From assembly GCA_019408975.1 (NCBI GenBank), contig DXVA01000001.1, forward strand, positions 1 to 33,417: 33,417 bases of DNA, given 5' to 3'. This DNA is from Lentisphaeria bacterium. Lineage in GTDB: Bacteria; Verrucomicrobiota; Lentisphaeria; Victivallales; UBA1829. Made by a program: the position numbers and the translations under genes. Below, one piece after another: positions 14,736-22,756 of the stretch; positions within the stretch are counted from its first letter, which is position 1; each line of letters begins with the position of its first letter. The notes under the pieces are model-generated. The model did no database searches, had not been told where the DNA came from, and worked only from the letters and a program-made list of their open reading frames with translations.

Positions 14736-16888
14736 AAAAGGAATTTCTAGCCGGACTTCTGCTTCTTGCAATGTGTTCCGTTTCAGCCGACTGGACGGAA
14801 AAAATCCGTGCCGATCATCCGCGGCTGTACATCAACCGGGAGATGGTTCCGCAGATGAGGCGGCATGCCGGACATTACCATGTGCTGGTGGAGAAGATGA
14901 AACGTGAGACGGATACGCTGCCGATGCCGCCGGAACTGAAATTCCATTCCGGGCGTTTTGAGCTGTCCGGCGGACGGGTGAAGTACAAAGCTCCTTATAT
15001 TGTCGGCACTCAGCTGGTGGAGCGGAACGGCGCGCAGGAGGCTGTCAAAGCCGCAACGCTTTATTGGCTGACCGGAAAGCATGACTATGCGGTGAAGGGG
15101 ATCGCATACCTCAAAATGGCGCTGGATTTCTTTGAATGGTGCCATCGGCATCATACCATGGTTGAATGGGAAGCAAGACAATATATTAACGCGATTGTGG
15201 CTTATGACTGGCTTTATCCGGAAATGACGCCGGAGGAGCGGAAGGATTTCGGCACCCGATGGCTGAAGCATGTTCAGGCGGTTCAGGGGAAAATAGACTA
15301 TCGGCGCTGTAACGGAGATTACAGAGACGGCAATTACGGTGTCGGCAGTTACTCCTGGCTGACAGGCCTGGCAATGTTCCGGGACGGTTATGACGATGTC
15401 GCAGCGGAGCGTCTGCTGCGTTCCGGTTATGAGAACAATCTTAAAATGATGGATTTCCGCGATCGGGTATCGGCGGGTACCGGATTGCTGGGGGCTGCCA
15501 CTCAGAGCTACTCATTCGGAGCTTATCCTTTCATGACCTTTCATTTTCTGCATACATGGAAAAGTGCCACGGGGGAGGATATTGCAGGACGCTGGAACCA
15601 GATGCGGCATTATGCGGACTGGTTCGGCTGGATGAAGATTCCGAAAGACGGCATTCTGCATACCTATGGCATCGGAGATATGCCCCATGCCACCAATTTC
15701 CTGATGACCTTTCCGATGTTCACTCATATGGCGCAGTGCATTCATTTCTACCCGGAAACGGCGGAACAGGCTTACAGGCTGATCGGTATGCTGCCGGAAA
15801 AACAGCGGAGGTTTCATGACGGTTTTCCGTTTCTGCCGCTGATCCTGACCGGTTTCAACCCGGAACTGCCGCAGAAGACAGCGGAGCCTGCACCGTCTGG
15901 AAATGCCGCGTATTTCCCGGGGTTCGGTCTGGCGATCATGCGTTCCGGCGAACGGCAGTCGGATACCCACGCATTATTCCGGACCGGTGCACTGTATGGA
16001 AACCACCAGCATTACGACGAGAGCCATTTCATCATCTTCAAACATGACTTTCTGGCTCTGGATTCGGGAAGCCGGACGCAGAACATGCACCATTGCTATT
16101 ATGCGCCTCAGAGCGTGGCTCACAATACGATTCTGATTCACCGGGCGGGCGAGCCTGCCGCACCGTTCTGGAAGCCGTGGGGCAGCAGTGCGGAGACCAG
16201 TTCGGAAAAGGTGTTCAGCCACGGCGGGCAATACCGCACCGTCGGAGCGAAAAACCTGGCTTTTGCCGATTACCGCGATTATGTTTATGCCGCCAATGAT
16301 GCGACAGCGGTATATCGCGCGGACAAATGCCGCGAAGCAATACGCCAGTTTGTTTACATCCGCCCTGATTATTTTATCGTGTTCGACCGGGTGACTTCGG
16401 TAAAACCGGAACAGCGCAAGGAATATCTGCTGCATATGCAGAATCGTCCGCAGGAGATCGCACCGGGGCTTTACCGGATGGATAGCGGCAAAGGGAGACT
16501 GTTCCAGAAGACTTTATATCCGGTTCAACCGAAAATTACCATGATCGGCGGTGCCGGCAGACAGTTTTGGGCGTCGGGACGGAATTGGCCGCTGCCGCAG
16601 GGGGAAAAGGCGTTTGAGAATCCGAATTATTACGGTCAGTGGCGCTTGGAGATCAGCGATGGCAAACCGGCGGCGGAATCCCGTTTCCTGCATCTGCTCC
16701 AGGCAGCCGATACCGGAACGCCGGATATGGCGGCATCTGAACTGCTGGAAACTCCCGGAACGATCGGTGTGAGATTCGCCGATCGTTCCGGACGGAGCTG
16801 GGAGGTGCGTTTCAACCGCTCCGGCCCGGTTGGGGGGAGGATCACCGGGCGGGAAGGCAGCCGACTTCTGTTTGACCGGGCGCTTTGA
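14732..16888 (+). CDS. Heparinase II/III-like polysaccharide lyase, secreted
   Basis: Signal peptide [22 protein letters not shown]-terminal [11 protein letters not shown].. is an alginate-lyase/heparinase N-domain pattern. [35 protein letters not shown] is the Hepar_II_III motif. The ATGA overlap with the prepilin-like gene at 14732-14735 indicates translational coupling. Confidence 0.85.
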   Translation: MKKEFLAGLLLLAMCSVSADWTEKIRADHPRLYINREMVPQMRRHAGHYHVLVEKMKRETDTLPMPPELKFHSGRFELSGGRVKYKAPYIVGTQLVERNGAQEAVKAATLYWLTGKHDYAVKGIAYLKMALDFFEWCHRHHTMVEWEARQYINAIVAYDWLYPEMTPEERKDFGTRWLKHVQAVQGKIDYRRCNGDYRDGNYGVGSYSWLTGLAMFRDGYDDVAAERLLRSGYENNLKMMDFRDRVSAGTGLLGAATQSYSFGAYPFMTFHFLHTWKSATGEDIAGRWNQMRHYADWFGWMKIPKDGILHTYGIGDMPHATNFLMTFPMFTHMAQCIHFYPETAEQAYRLIGMLPEKQRRFHDGFPFLPLILTGFNPELPQKTAEPAPSGNAAYFPGFGLAIMRSGERQSDTHALFRTGALYGNHQHYDESHFIIFKHDFLALDSGSRTQNMHHCYYAPQSVAHNTILIHRAGEPAAPFWKPWGSSAETSSEKVFSHGGQYRTVGAKNLAFADYRDYVYAANDATAVYRADKCREAIRQFVYIRPDYFIVFDRVTSVKPEQRKEYLLHMQNRPQEIAPGLYRMDSGKGRLFQKTLYPVQPKITMIGGAGRQFWASGRNWPLPQGEKAFENPNYYGQWRLEISDGKPAAESRFLHLLQAADTGTPDMAASELLETPGTIGVRFADRSGRSWEVRFNRSGPVGGRITGREGSRLLFDRAL

Positions 16889-16910
16889 AAATGACGGAGA
16901 GGATTTTGAT

Positions 16911-17951
16911 ATGAATTTTGAACCGATGACGATTTCCGGATTGGAGCCCCGTCCGGAATGGTGGCGGGTGCGTCCCGCCGAAATTACCGAAACATGTGAG
17001 GCTGTCCGGCGGGGGCGGCATCAGGTGATTGCGCGAACGCCCGGCGGATATCCGGTTCATGCGGTATTTTACGGCGATTTTTCCGAGCCGGCTCCGCAGA
17101 CCAACTGGTCGGCGGGGTCTGCCGCCGGCGTCGACTGCTACTTTCGCCGGGCAGGAATGCCGCAGACGGTTGTCTGGTGTGCCGGAATCCACGGTGCGGA
17201 GGCGGAAGGCGTGGCGTTTGCCGTGAACCTGATCGAACTGCTGGAACACGGGAGGGACCTGCTCGGGCGGCGGCATGACCGTTTGCTGGAGATGCTGGAC
17301 AGCTATCGTCTGGTGATTCTGCCGTGTGTGAATATGGACGGGCGCGCGATTTCGCCGGATCATCTGCGCGGAGTTCCCTACGAGGTGTTCCGGCGGGCGT
17401 CCCAGGGCGTCTGGCCGGACGGCTCCCTGATCGGCTGGCTTGGCAGCAAGGAGTATTTCCCGCTGCCGCTGGACCGTGTTTCATATCCCGGCGGATATCC
17501 CAATTCGGAGGGGTTCAACATCATGCACGATGCCTGTCCGGGGCATATTCGCACGGCGGAGGCGCGTGCTCTTTTGCAGCTGGCGGAGCATTATGCGGTG
17601 GATTTCCTGCTGAATGCGCATTCCTGTGAGGGAGAGCCGTTTCTGCTGCCTCCTTCGGAGTTTGATTACAGAAGCCATGTCGCACGCGGGCTGGATGCCT
17701 GCCGCATGGTCAATCGGGCATTGTATGACGCCGGTTTGCGCCGTACTCCGCCTTCGGAGCCTGCCGCCGGGCACGGCGTGAACCTGAACAACCTGGTCGC
17801 GCTGGCATCCGGGGGACTGGCTATGACTCTTGAGTGTTCCGTCTGGGGGGAACTTTCTTTTGAACAGTTGCTCGACGTGAATTTCCTGACGTTTGAAACA
17901 CTGTTGGAATCGGGACTGAAGGTGCCGTTCGTCAACCGCCATGCACTGTAA
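16911..17951 (+). CDS. M14-family zinc carboxypeptidase-like protein, no signal peptide
   Basis: IHGAEAEG (HxxE), LPCVNMDGR, LLNAHS (second His) and MTLECS (catalytic Glu context). GGAGAGG lies 8 nt upstream of ATG 16911. The listed ORF start 16830 overlaps the lyase gene. Confidence 0.6.
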   Translation: MNFEPMTISGLEPRPEWWRVRPAEITETCEAVRRGRHQVIARTPGGYPVHAVFYGDFSEPAPQTNWSAGSAAGVDCYFRRAGMPQTVVWCAGIHGAEAEGVAFAVNLIELLEHGRDLLGRRHDRLLEMLDSYRLVILPCVNMDGRAISPDHLRGVPYEVFRRASQGVWPDGSLIGWLGSKEYFPLPLDRVSYPGGYPNSEGFNIMHDACPGHIRTAEARALLQLAEHYAVDFLLNAHSCEGEPFLLPPSEFDYRSHVARGLDACRMVNRALYDAGLRRTPPSEPAAGHGVNLNNLVALASGGLAMTLECSVWGELSFEQLLDVNFLTFETLLESGLKVPFVNRHAL

Positions 17952-17990
17952 CTGCGCAGAACGGGAGCTCTCGGGCATCCGGGAAAGATG

Positions 17991-18029
17991 GAAAAGACTC
18001 TGTGCGAAACCGGTTGCCGCCGTCTTTTC
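17991..18029. terminator. Possible bidirectional terminator hairpin in a 76-bp convergent gap
   Basis: GAAAAGAC (17991-17998) pairs with GTCTTTTC (18022-18029) around a 23-nt loop that contains the AACCGGTT palindrome. The hairpin overlaps the stop of the minus-strand membrane-protein gene. The long loop makes it weak. Confidence 0.25.
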
Positions 18030-18810
18030 AGAAACCGTTTTTGAGCTCCTCCCTCGTGAACTCCCCGACTTCATCCGGGCCGTGTGCATAGCAGAACAGC
18101 GCGGCGATATAGACTTTCCGGGCGGTGAGAACCAGACCGGTAAAGATGAGCGCCGCCGCTGCCGCCGCCGGAATCAGGCACATCACGGCGTGTTTTATCG
18201 TGCCTGGGGGAAGGTCGCGGGCAAATTGCAGTGCGAGAAGAGGGAGTGCCGCCGTGAAAAGGCAGGAAAGGATAAGCAGAACGATCAAGCCTTTGAAACC
18301 TCCTTCGGGATGCCAGATATGTTCAACGGTTGCTGCCGCCCGTTCATGGATGACGGACGGTTCTTCCGCCTCTTCATCGCATAGGATTGTCGGGACGGCG
18401 AACACGTTTCCTTTGCCCGGAAACATCCAGCCCTTGAGTGCCCATTTGAGGAGCGCTTTCCTTTTGATGAATGCAAAGAGAAGTCCGCGTTTGATCAGAA
18501 TTTGATCATCCCCGAAGCCGCGGATCATTTCACTGTAGAAAATTCCTGTCAGAAATACGGAAATGAGCCTGTAAACGGGAATGCCTGCGAAAAGGAGCAG
18601 GAAAAGCCGAACGGCGGCAATGACGGTCTCCCCGGTTGTGATGGAATCCCATGGCTGCGACAGCAGTCTCTGCACCGTGCCTGCCGCGAGACACCAGAGC
18701 AAAAGACAGAAGACTGTCACCGGCACCAGAAGATTCAGCAGCCTGCGGTTCTTTTTCAGGACGCGCAGGGACTTGATGAAGATGCTCCATTCGAGACGCA
18801 GACGATTCAT
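18028..18810 (-). CDS. Hypothetical polytopic membrane protein
   Basis: At least four long hydrophobic segments (LLVPVTVFCLLLWCLAAG, VIAAVRLFLLLFAGIPVY, GLIVLLILSCLFTAALPLLAL, CLIPAAAAAALIFTGLVL). The ATG lies 2 nt after the GH20 stop, with GAGG inside the GH20 3' end, which indicates coupling. Confidence 0.6.
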   Translation of the reverse strand: MNRLRLEWSIFIKSLRVLKKNRRLLNLLVPVTVFCLLLWCLAAGTVQRLLSQPWDSITTGETVIAAVRLFLLLFAGIPVYRLISVFLTGIFYSEMIRGFGDDQILIKRGLLFAFIKRKALLKWALKGWMFPGKGNVFAVPTILCDEEAEEPSVIHERAAATVEHIWHPEGGFKGLIVLLILSCLFTAALPLLALQFARDLPPGTIKHAVMCLIPAAAAAALIFTGLVLTARKVYIAALFCYAHGPDEVGEFTREELKNGF

Positions 18811-18812
18811 TT

Positions 18813-20249
18813 TTACCTCATGCGGATATTTTCTTTCAGGAAGTCATGATAACCGGCAGCTTTAAGCAGTTCCTTCCTGCGCAGGAAACCGTGCCAGTCT
18901 TTCTTTCCGGCAGGGCTCCACGCACATTCGGAATAGGCGGCAAGACGCGGCAGGAGTTTCTGCATGACGCGCCATTCGGGAATGGTTTCCGTCCAGAGAC
19001 AGGCTTCCGGCCCGAGGATCGTGTCTTTGAGTCTGTCCTCCCAGATGACATACGGGTCCGCCATATAGATGCCCCTTTCGGAGAGTTCGAACATCCATGT
19101 TTCAAACGGTTCGCTGAGGTTTGCCGGATAATCGAAATAAAATGAATTATGCACGGAGTAAACGACCTTGTTTCCATTCGGACCCACGCGGAGCGGTTCA
19201 CGGATGTCCAGCCAGGACTGGATGATCGTATCCGCGGGATAGGTCTGACCGGAACAGGTGCCCCAGAGCATGGGCGTGCGCCCCTGTTCGACGATGAAGC
19301 GTGTCATATCGACCATGAAGCTGTTTTCCAGTTCGCGCATGCTCCTGAATCCGCCTGCCTGCATTGCCGCTTTGCAGCGCGGGCAGTTCTCCCAGTGCAT
19401 CGTTTCCGCCTCGTCGCCGCCGAGATGGATGATCGGGCTGCCGGGAAAGACGGAGAGCAGTTCCATGAAAATCTTTTTCAGGAATACTTTTGTTTCGGGA
19501 TTGCCGAGGCAGAATTCCTTTCCCGGAGCGGCTGGATCGCAGGCATACTGCGGATAGGCGGCAAGGAGCCCGCGGGAGTGTCCAGGAATGTCGATTTCCG
19601 GTATGACCCGGATGTTGTGCCCGGCTGCAAATTCCGCCACCTCGCGGAGATCGTCGAGCGTATATTGCCCCGGAGAGAGCGTTGCCAGATTCGAGAGTTT
19701 CGGAACGAGATCGGAGGCGATGCGCCAGCCTTGTCCGTCCGTCAGGTGCCAGTGGAACGTATTCAGGCGGAAGTGCGCCATCAGGCGGATCACTGCCTTG
19801 ACCGTTTCTTTGCTTTGGAAATGCCTTGCGCTGTCCAGCATGAATCCGCGCCATCCGAAACGCGGTTCGTCGCTGACCGTGCCGCAGTTCAGGGCCGCCC
19901 CCGCTGGACCTTTGATCAGCGATGCAATGAGCATTTGCGAGAATGCCGCAAACGCATAGAATAATCCGGCTTTTCCGCCGCCTTCGATGAGAACGGCGGA
20001 CGGATCGATCCGCATTGCCCATGCTTCTTCCCCGAGTTTGGAGTTCCGCTTCAGGACAAGATCGGCGTCCGGGTCGGGAGACGGCATGATCCGCAAACCG
20101 AAGAATGCGGCGGTCCGCATGATTTCATCGGAAAACATTTGCAGTTCTTCCGGCACATGGAATGTTTTCAATTCGGAAACGGGCATGGCTCCGTCGTGTT
20201 TCCGTATGGCGTAAGGTATGGGAAGAATGGCATCGAAAGTATTGAACAT
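18813..20249 (-). CDS. GH20 beta-N-acetylhexosaminidase, apparently cytoplasmic
   Basis: RFGWRGFMLDSARHF, LNTFHWHLTDGQGWR, VIPEIDIPGHS and IHLGGDEA (catalytic D-E pair). No N-terminal hydrophobic signal peptide. Confidence 0.9.
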   Translation of the reverse strand: MFNTFDAILPIPYAIRKHDGAMPVSELKTFHVPEELQMFSDEIMRTAAFFGLRIMPSPDPDADLVLKRNSKLGEEAWAMRIDPSAVLIEGGGKAGLFYAFAAFSQMLIASLIKGPAGAALNCGTVSDEPRFGWRGFMLDSARHFQSKETVKAVIRLMAHFRLNTFHWHLTDGQGWRIASDLVPKLSNLATLSPGQYTLDDLREVAEFAAGHNIRVIPEIDIPGHSRGLLAAYPQYACDPAAPGKEFCLGNPETKVFLKKIFMELLSVFPGSPIIHLGGDEAETMHWENCPRCKAAMQAGGFRSMRELENSFMVDMTRFIVEQGRTPMLWGTCSGQTYPADTIIQSWLDIREPLRVGPNGNKVVYSVHNSFYFDYPANLSEPFETWMFELSERGIYMADPYVIWEDRLKDTILGPEACLWTETIPEWRVMQKLLPRLAAYSECAWSPAGKKDWHGFLRRKELLKAAGYHDFLKENIRMR

Positions 20250-20279
20250 TTGCAGGATTCCTTTATTTGTCTGATGTGG

Positions 20280-20307
20280 ATTATAACCCTTTTTCCGGAT
20301 AAATCAA
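20280..20307 (-). promoter_or_regulatory. Candidate promoter of the GH20/membrane-protein operon
   Basis: On the minus strand: TTGATT (20307-20302), 16-nt spacer, TATAAT (20285-20280), about 30 nt upstream of ATG 20249. Confidence 0.4.
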
Positions 20308-20341
20308 TGGTAAAAAAATAAAAAAAATGTTTTTGCCCCCC

Positions 20342-20369
20342 TTGACAACAGCGGAAAAACTCGTATGAT
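20342..20369 (+). promoter_or_regulatory. Candidate promoter of the zinc-ribbon gene pair
   Basis: TTGACA (20342-20347), 16-nt spacer, TATGAT (20364-20369), preceded by a C-run. Confidence 0.5.
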
Positions 20370-20385
20370 TGTACTAATAAGCGGA

Positions 20386-20414
20386 TTATTGTTTCTCGGG
20401 TGAAAAAACAATAA
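20386..20414. promoter_or_regulatory. 9-bp perfect inverted repeat in the leader of the zinc-ribbon operon (operator or leader hairpin)
   Basis: TTATTGTTT (20386-20394), 11 nt, AAACAATAA (20406-20414). It lies about +10 to +38 relative to the predicted TSS and 24 nt upstream of ATG 20438. Confidence 0.35.
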
Positions 20415-20437
20415 ACAAATAAAGATGGGAAAAGCCT

Positions 20438-21016
20438 ATGGAATGTCCTCTCTGCAAGACAGATCTGGAGGTCACGTTCGACTATGGTGGGTTGGTCGTC
20501 CAGTGCCCTGTGTGTTCCGACTATTTCAAAATTCCTTCGGTCAAGGAGTGCCCGCGGTGTCTGAAGCGGAGCTTCGTGAAGCGAGATGTCTGCGAGGAGT
20601 GCGGTTATGACTTCGCCGCCGTTGAGGAACTGATCGAAAAAGGCGGGGAGGATGTGGACGGGAAACTGTCTCTGAAACAGCGTTTTGCGGTTTTTCTATG
20701 GGATGCGTGCCCTGGATTGTTTTCGGCAGGGCCGCTGGTGGCGTTTTTCCTTTCTCTGGCATTTCTTGCCATTGCGGGGGTCGTGGGGGTGATGATGTTT
20801 CTTGCGGGGGTCATCTTCACCGCAGGCGGGGTGCTGATCGCCGGGCTGGTAGTCTATCTTCACGGTGTCGCGGCGCTTTGCCTTGGGGAGGTCTGCGGTT
20901 TGAAGACAGAGTTTGAGAATCTGAACGGCGCATCGTGGGAGGCGTTTTCCATTCTCGGTTTCGCGCCTGTGGTTCTCGGTTTCATCGCGCTCGGCGCCGC
21001 CAGATACTTCATGTAA
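20438..21016 (+). CDS. Hypothetical membrane protein with two N-terminal zinc ribbons
   Basis: CPLC..(15)..CPVC and CPRC..(11)..CEEC, followed by 3-4 Gly/Ala-rich hydrophobic helices. The first ribbon resembles the MJ0042-type finger (M.CP.C......v.CP.C...F.i). Confidence 0.6.
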   Translation: MECPLCKTDLEVTFDYGGLVVQCPVCSDYFKIPSVKECPRCLKRSFVKRDVCEECGYDFAAVEELIEKGGEDVDGKLSLKQRFAVFLWDACPGLFSAGPLVAFFLSLAFLAIAGVVGVMMFLAGVIFTAGGVLIAGLVVYLHGVAALCLGEVCGLKTEFENLNGASWEAFSILGFAPVVLGFIALGAARYFM

Positions 21017-21038
21017 AACACAAAGGGAAGGACTGCCC

Positions 21039-21911
21039 ATGCTGAAATGCCAATGCCCTGAATGCGGAGTGAAAGCGGAACTTGAAAATTCCGCGTCAGA
21101 ACATCAATTCGCGTGCGAGTGCGGAAAGATTTACAGGATACCGCCCGCACCTCCCGCCGGAGATTTCAGAATCTGCCTGAACTGTTCCAAGCTGAACGAA
21201 TACGATGCGGGAATCTGTACCGGATGCAGTTTCAATTTCGTCAACAACAAAAAACATGCTCACAAAGTCAGAACGACCGAAGTTTCGCCGGGGAAGGGGT
21301 ATAGAATCGTAAAAAACGTGTTTCTGCTTCTCCTGCTGGCGGTTGCCGGGGGGCTCGGATACTGGATTTATTCCGCAGTTACGGCGAGTCCCATCGGGGT
21401 TTCGGGCGATGCGCCGCTTGGAACTTTCAAAGAAGGCAAGGATTTCAATTATGCCGTATTCAAACCGGTGAGCATGAAACTGCCTCCGAAGTGGAAGGAT
21501 TACAAGGGATACCAGTTTGTGCGCAAGAACAAGACTCCGCTCGGCGATGCCTTCGACCATGTCTTCCTGCTTGCCGACGCCAGAGGCAGAATTGCTGTGA
21601 TCAAGGGGCATTATACCGAGACCGTTGTTCCTTCCACTCCGGCGGAGAAAACTTTTTTCGAGCGTATCCGCAAAGAATACGGAATGCCGGAAGCGGAAGA
21701 TTTGAAACGAATCGGGGAGGACGGCGGAATGTTCAAACCGACGAAATACGAGGAAAAGTGGGAGAACGGCAGGATTCGCTATGTCCACAACCGGATCGGC
21801 AATCCGGGAACTTTCGGATTGAAAGCCGTCGGCACGATTTTCGTTACTCTGAAAGACAATCCGGTGACTCCGGAAGATCTTTCGGACATGCCCGAAGAAC
21901 GTCCGAAATGA
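21039..21911 (+). CDS. Hypothetical single-pass protein with N-terminal zinc ribbons and a ~170-aa extracytoplasmic domain
   Basis: CPECG..(14)..CECG and CLNC..(12)..CTGC, one TM helix (VFLLLLLAVAGGLGYWIYSAV), then a globular domain. AAGGGAAGGA lies upstream, 22 nt after the previous gene. Confidence 0.6.
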   Translation: MLKCQCPECGVKAELENSASEHQFACECGKIYRIPPAPPAGDFRICLNCSKLNEYDAGICTGCSFNFVNNKKHAHKVRTTEVSPGKGYRIVKNVFLLLLLAVAGGLGYWIYSAVTASPIGVSGDAPLGTFKEGKDFNYAVFKPVSMKLPPKWKDYKGYQFVRKNKTPLGDAFDHVFLLADARGRIAVIKGHYTETVVPSTPAEKTFFERIRKEYGMPEAEDLKRIGEDGGMFKPTKYEEKWENGRIRYVHNRIGNPGTFGLKAVGTIFVTLKDNPVTPEDLSDMPEERPK

Positions 21912-21934
21912 GCCTGCCTTTCCATCAGGGCGGT

Positions 21935-22705
21935 TCATTCTCCTTTCCCGTTGAATGGATAATAATTGCCGGGATAAAGGTAGCGGTTGGGATTTACCGT
22001 TGTTTTTAGTTGTTCTCTCCGAATGGTTGCGACATGGGAATCCATAAAGAAAAGATTCAGGTTCCTGGAGCTGTCATGCCGCAGTTTGAATGCTCCGCTG
22101 AGTCCGAAATCGGCGGAATCCCCTATCCACCCCAGAATAGAAGGATATCTTACCGTTTCATATCGCATATAGAATCTGTCTTCAATGCCGTAGTCGAAAG
22201 CCCCATTGTTGCGTGCCTCATACGTTGTGCTTACCATATAATCGGAAACCGGATGCCATTTTGTGAAACCATGCTCTTTTTCAGTGGGACACAACATAAT
22301 GCCTTTCGGCGGTGTCTTCACATCAAAAGTTTCATATTTCCATGGCAGATAGCCCAGCAGAAAAGTGGGGTTTTTGCCTTTTCCCAGCATATAAAGCCAT
22401 GAATCTGTCGTACTGTATCCGGAACCTCCCGTTTTACGGAACATATTGGAACCTGCACTCCAGCCTTTGTAGTCATTGGCATAGGCAGTGTAGCCATAGC
22501 CTATCTGCTTCAAATTGGTTGAACATAAAACTACATGGCTTTTCTCTTTTGCTTTGTTCAAGGCCGGCAGTAAAAGTGCCGCGAGAATCGCGATGATCGC
22601 AACTACGATGAGAAGCTCTATCAATGTGAAAATCCATGTTTTCACCTGCAATGCCTGGCTTGGCAAACGGGAGGCATTACTCGTCATGACGGAAACTCTG
22701 TTCAT
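21935..22705 (-). CDS. Prepilin-type N-terminal domain protein of the DUF1559 / H-X9-DG paralog family (module B)
   Basis: ..[35 protein letters not shown]; the C-terminal [19 protein letters not shown] is an H-X11-DS variant. ATG 22705 has the strong SD GAGAGGAG. An alternative GTG at 22645 gives a 5-aa leader like module A. Confidence 0.8.
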   Translation of the reverse strand: MNRVSVMTSNASRLPSQALQVKTWIFTLIELLIVVAIIAILAALLLPALNKAKEKSHVVLCSTNLKQIGYGYTAYANDYKGWSAGSNMFRKTGGSGYSTTDSWLYMLGKGKNPTFLLGYLPWKYETFDVKTPPKGIMLCPTEKEHGFTKWHPVSDYMVSTTYEARNNGAFDYGIEDRFYMRYETVRYPSILGWIGDSADFGLSGAFKLRHDSSRNLNLFFMDSHVATIRREQLKTTVNPNRYLYPGNYYPFNGKGE

Positions 22706-22756
22706 TATTTTTATCTCCTCTCTTTCGTCTGTTATCTTCTGCTTTTATGGAATTGG

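Noticed and set aside
19149-20022. Long ORFs (19149..19964 plus, 19198..20022 minus frame 2) inside the GH20 gene
   Set aside because: They are alternative-frame or antisense shadows. The GH20 motifs occur only in the 18813..20249 minus frame.
21096-21938. 280-aa minus-strand ORF opposite ORF 21039..21911
   Set aside because: The plus-strand protein has zinc ribbons, a clean TM helix and an SD 22 nt after the preceding gene. The minus-strand translation is Arg/Ser/Phe-rich junk that would overlap the prepilin B stop.
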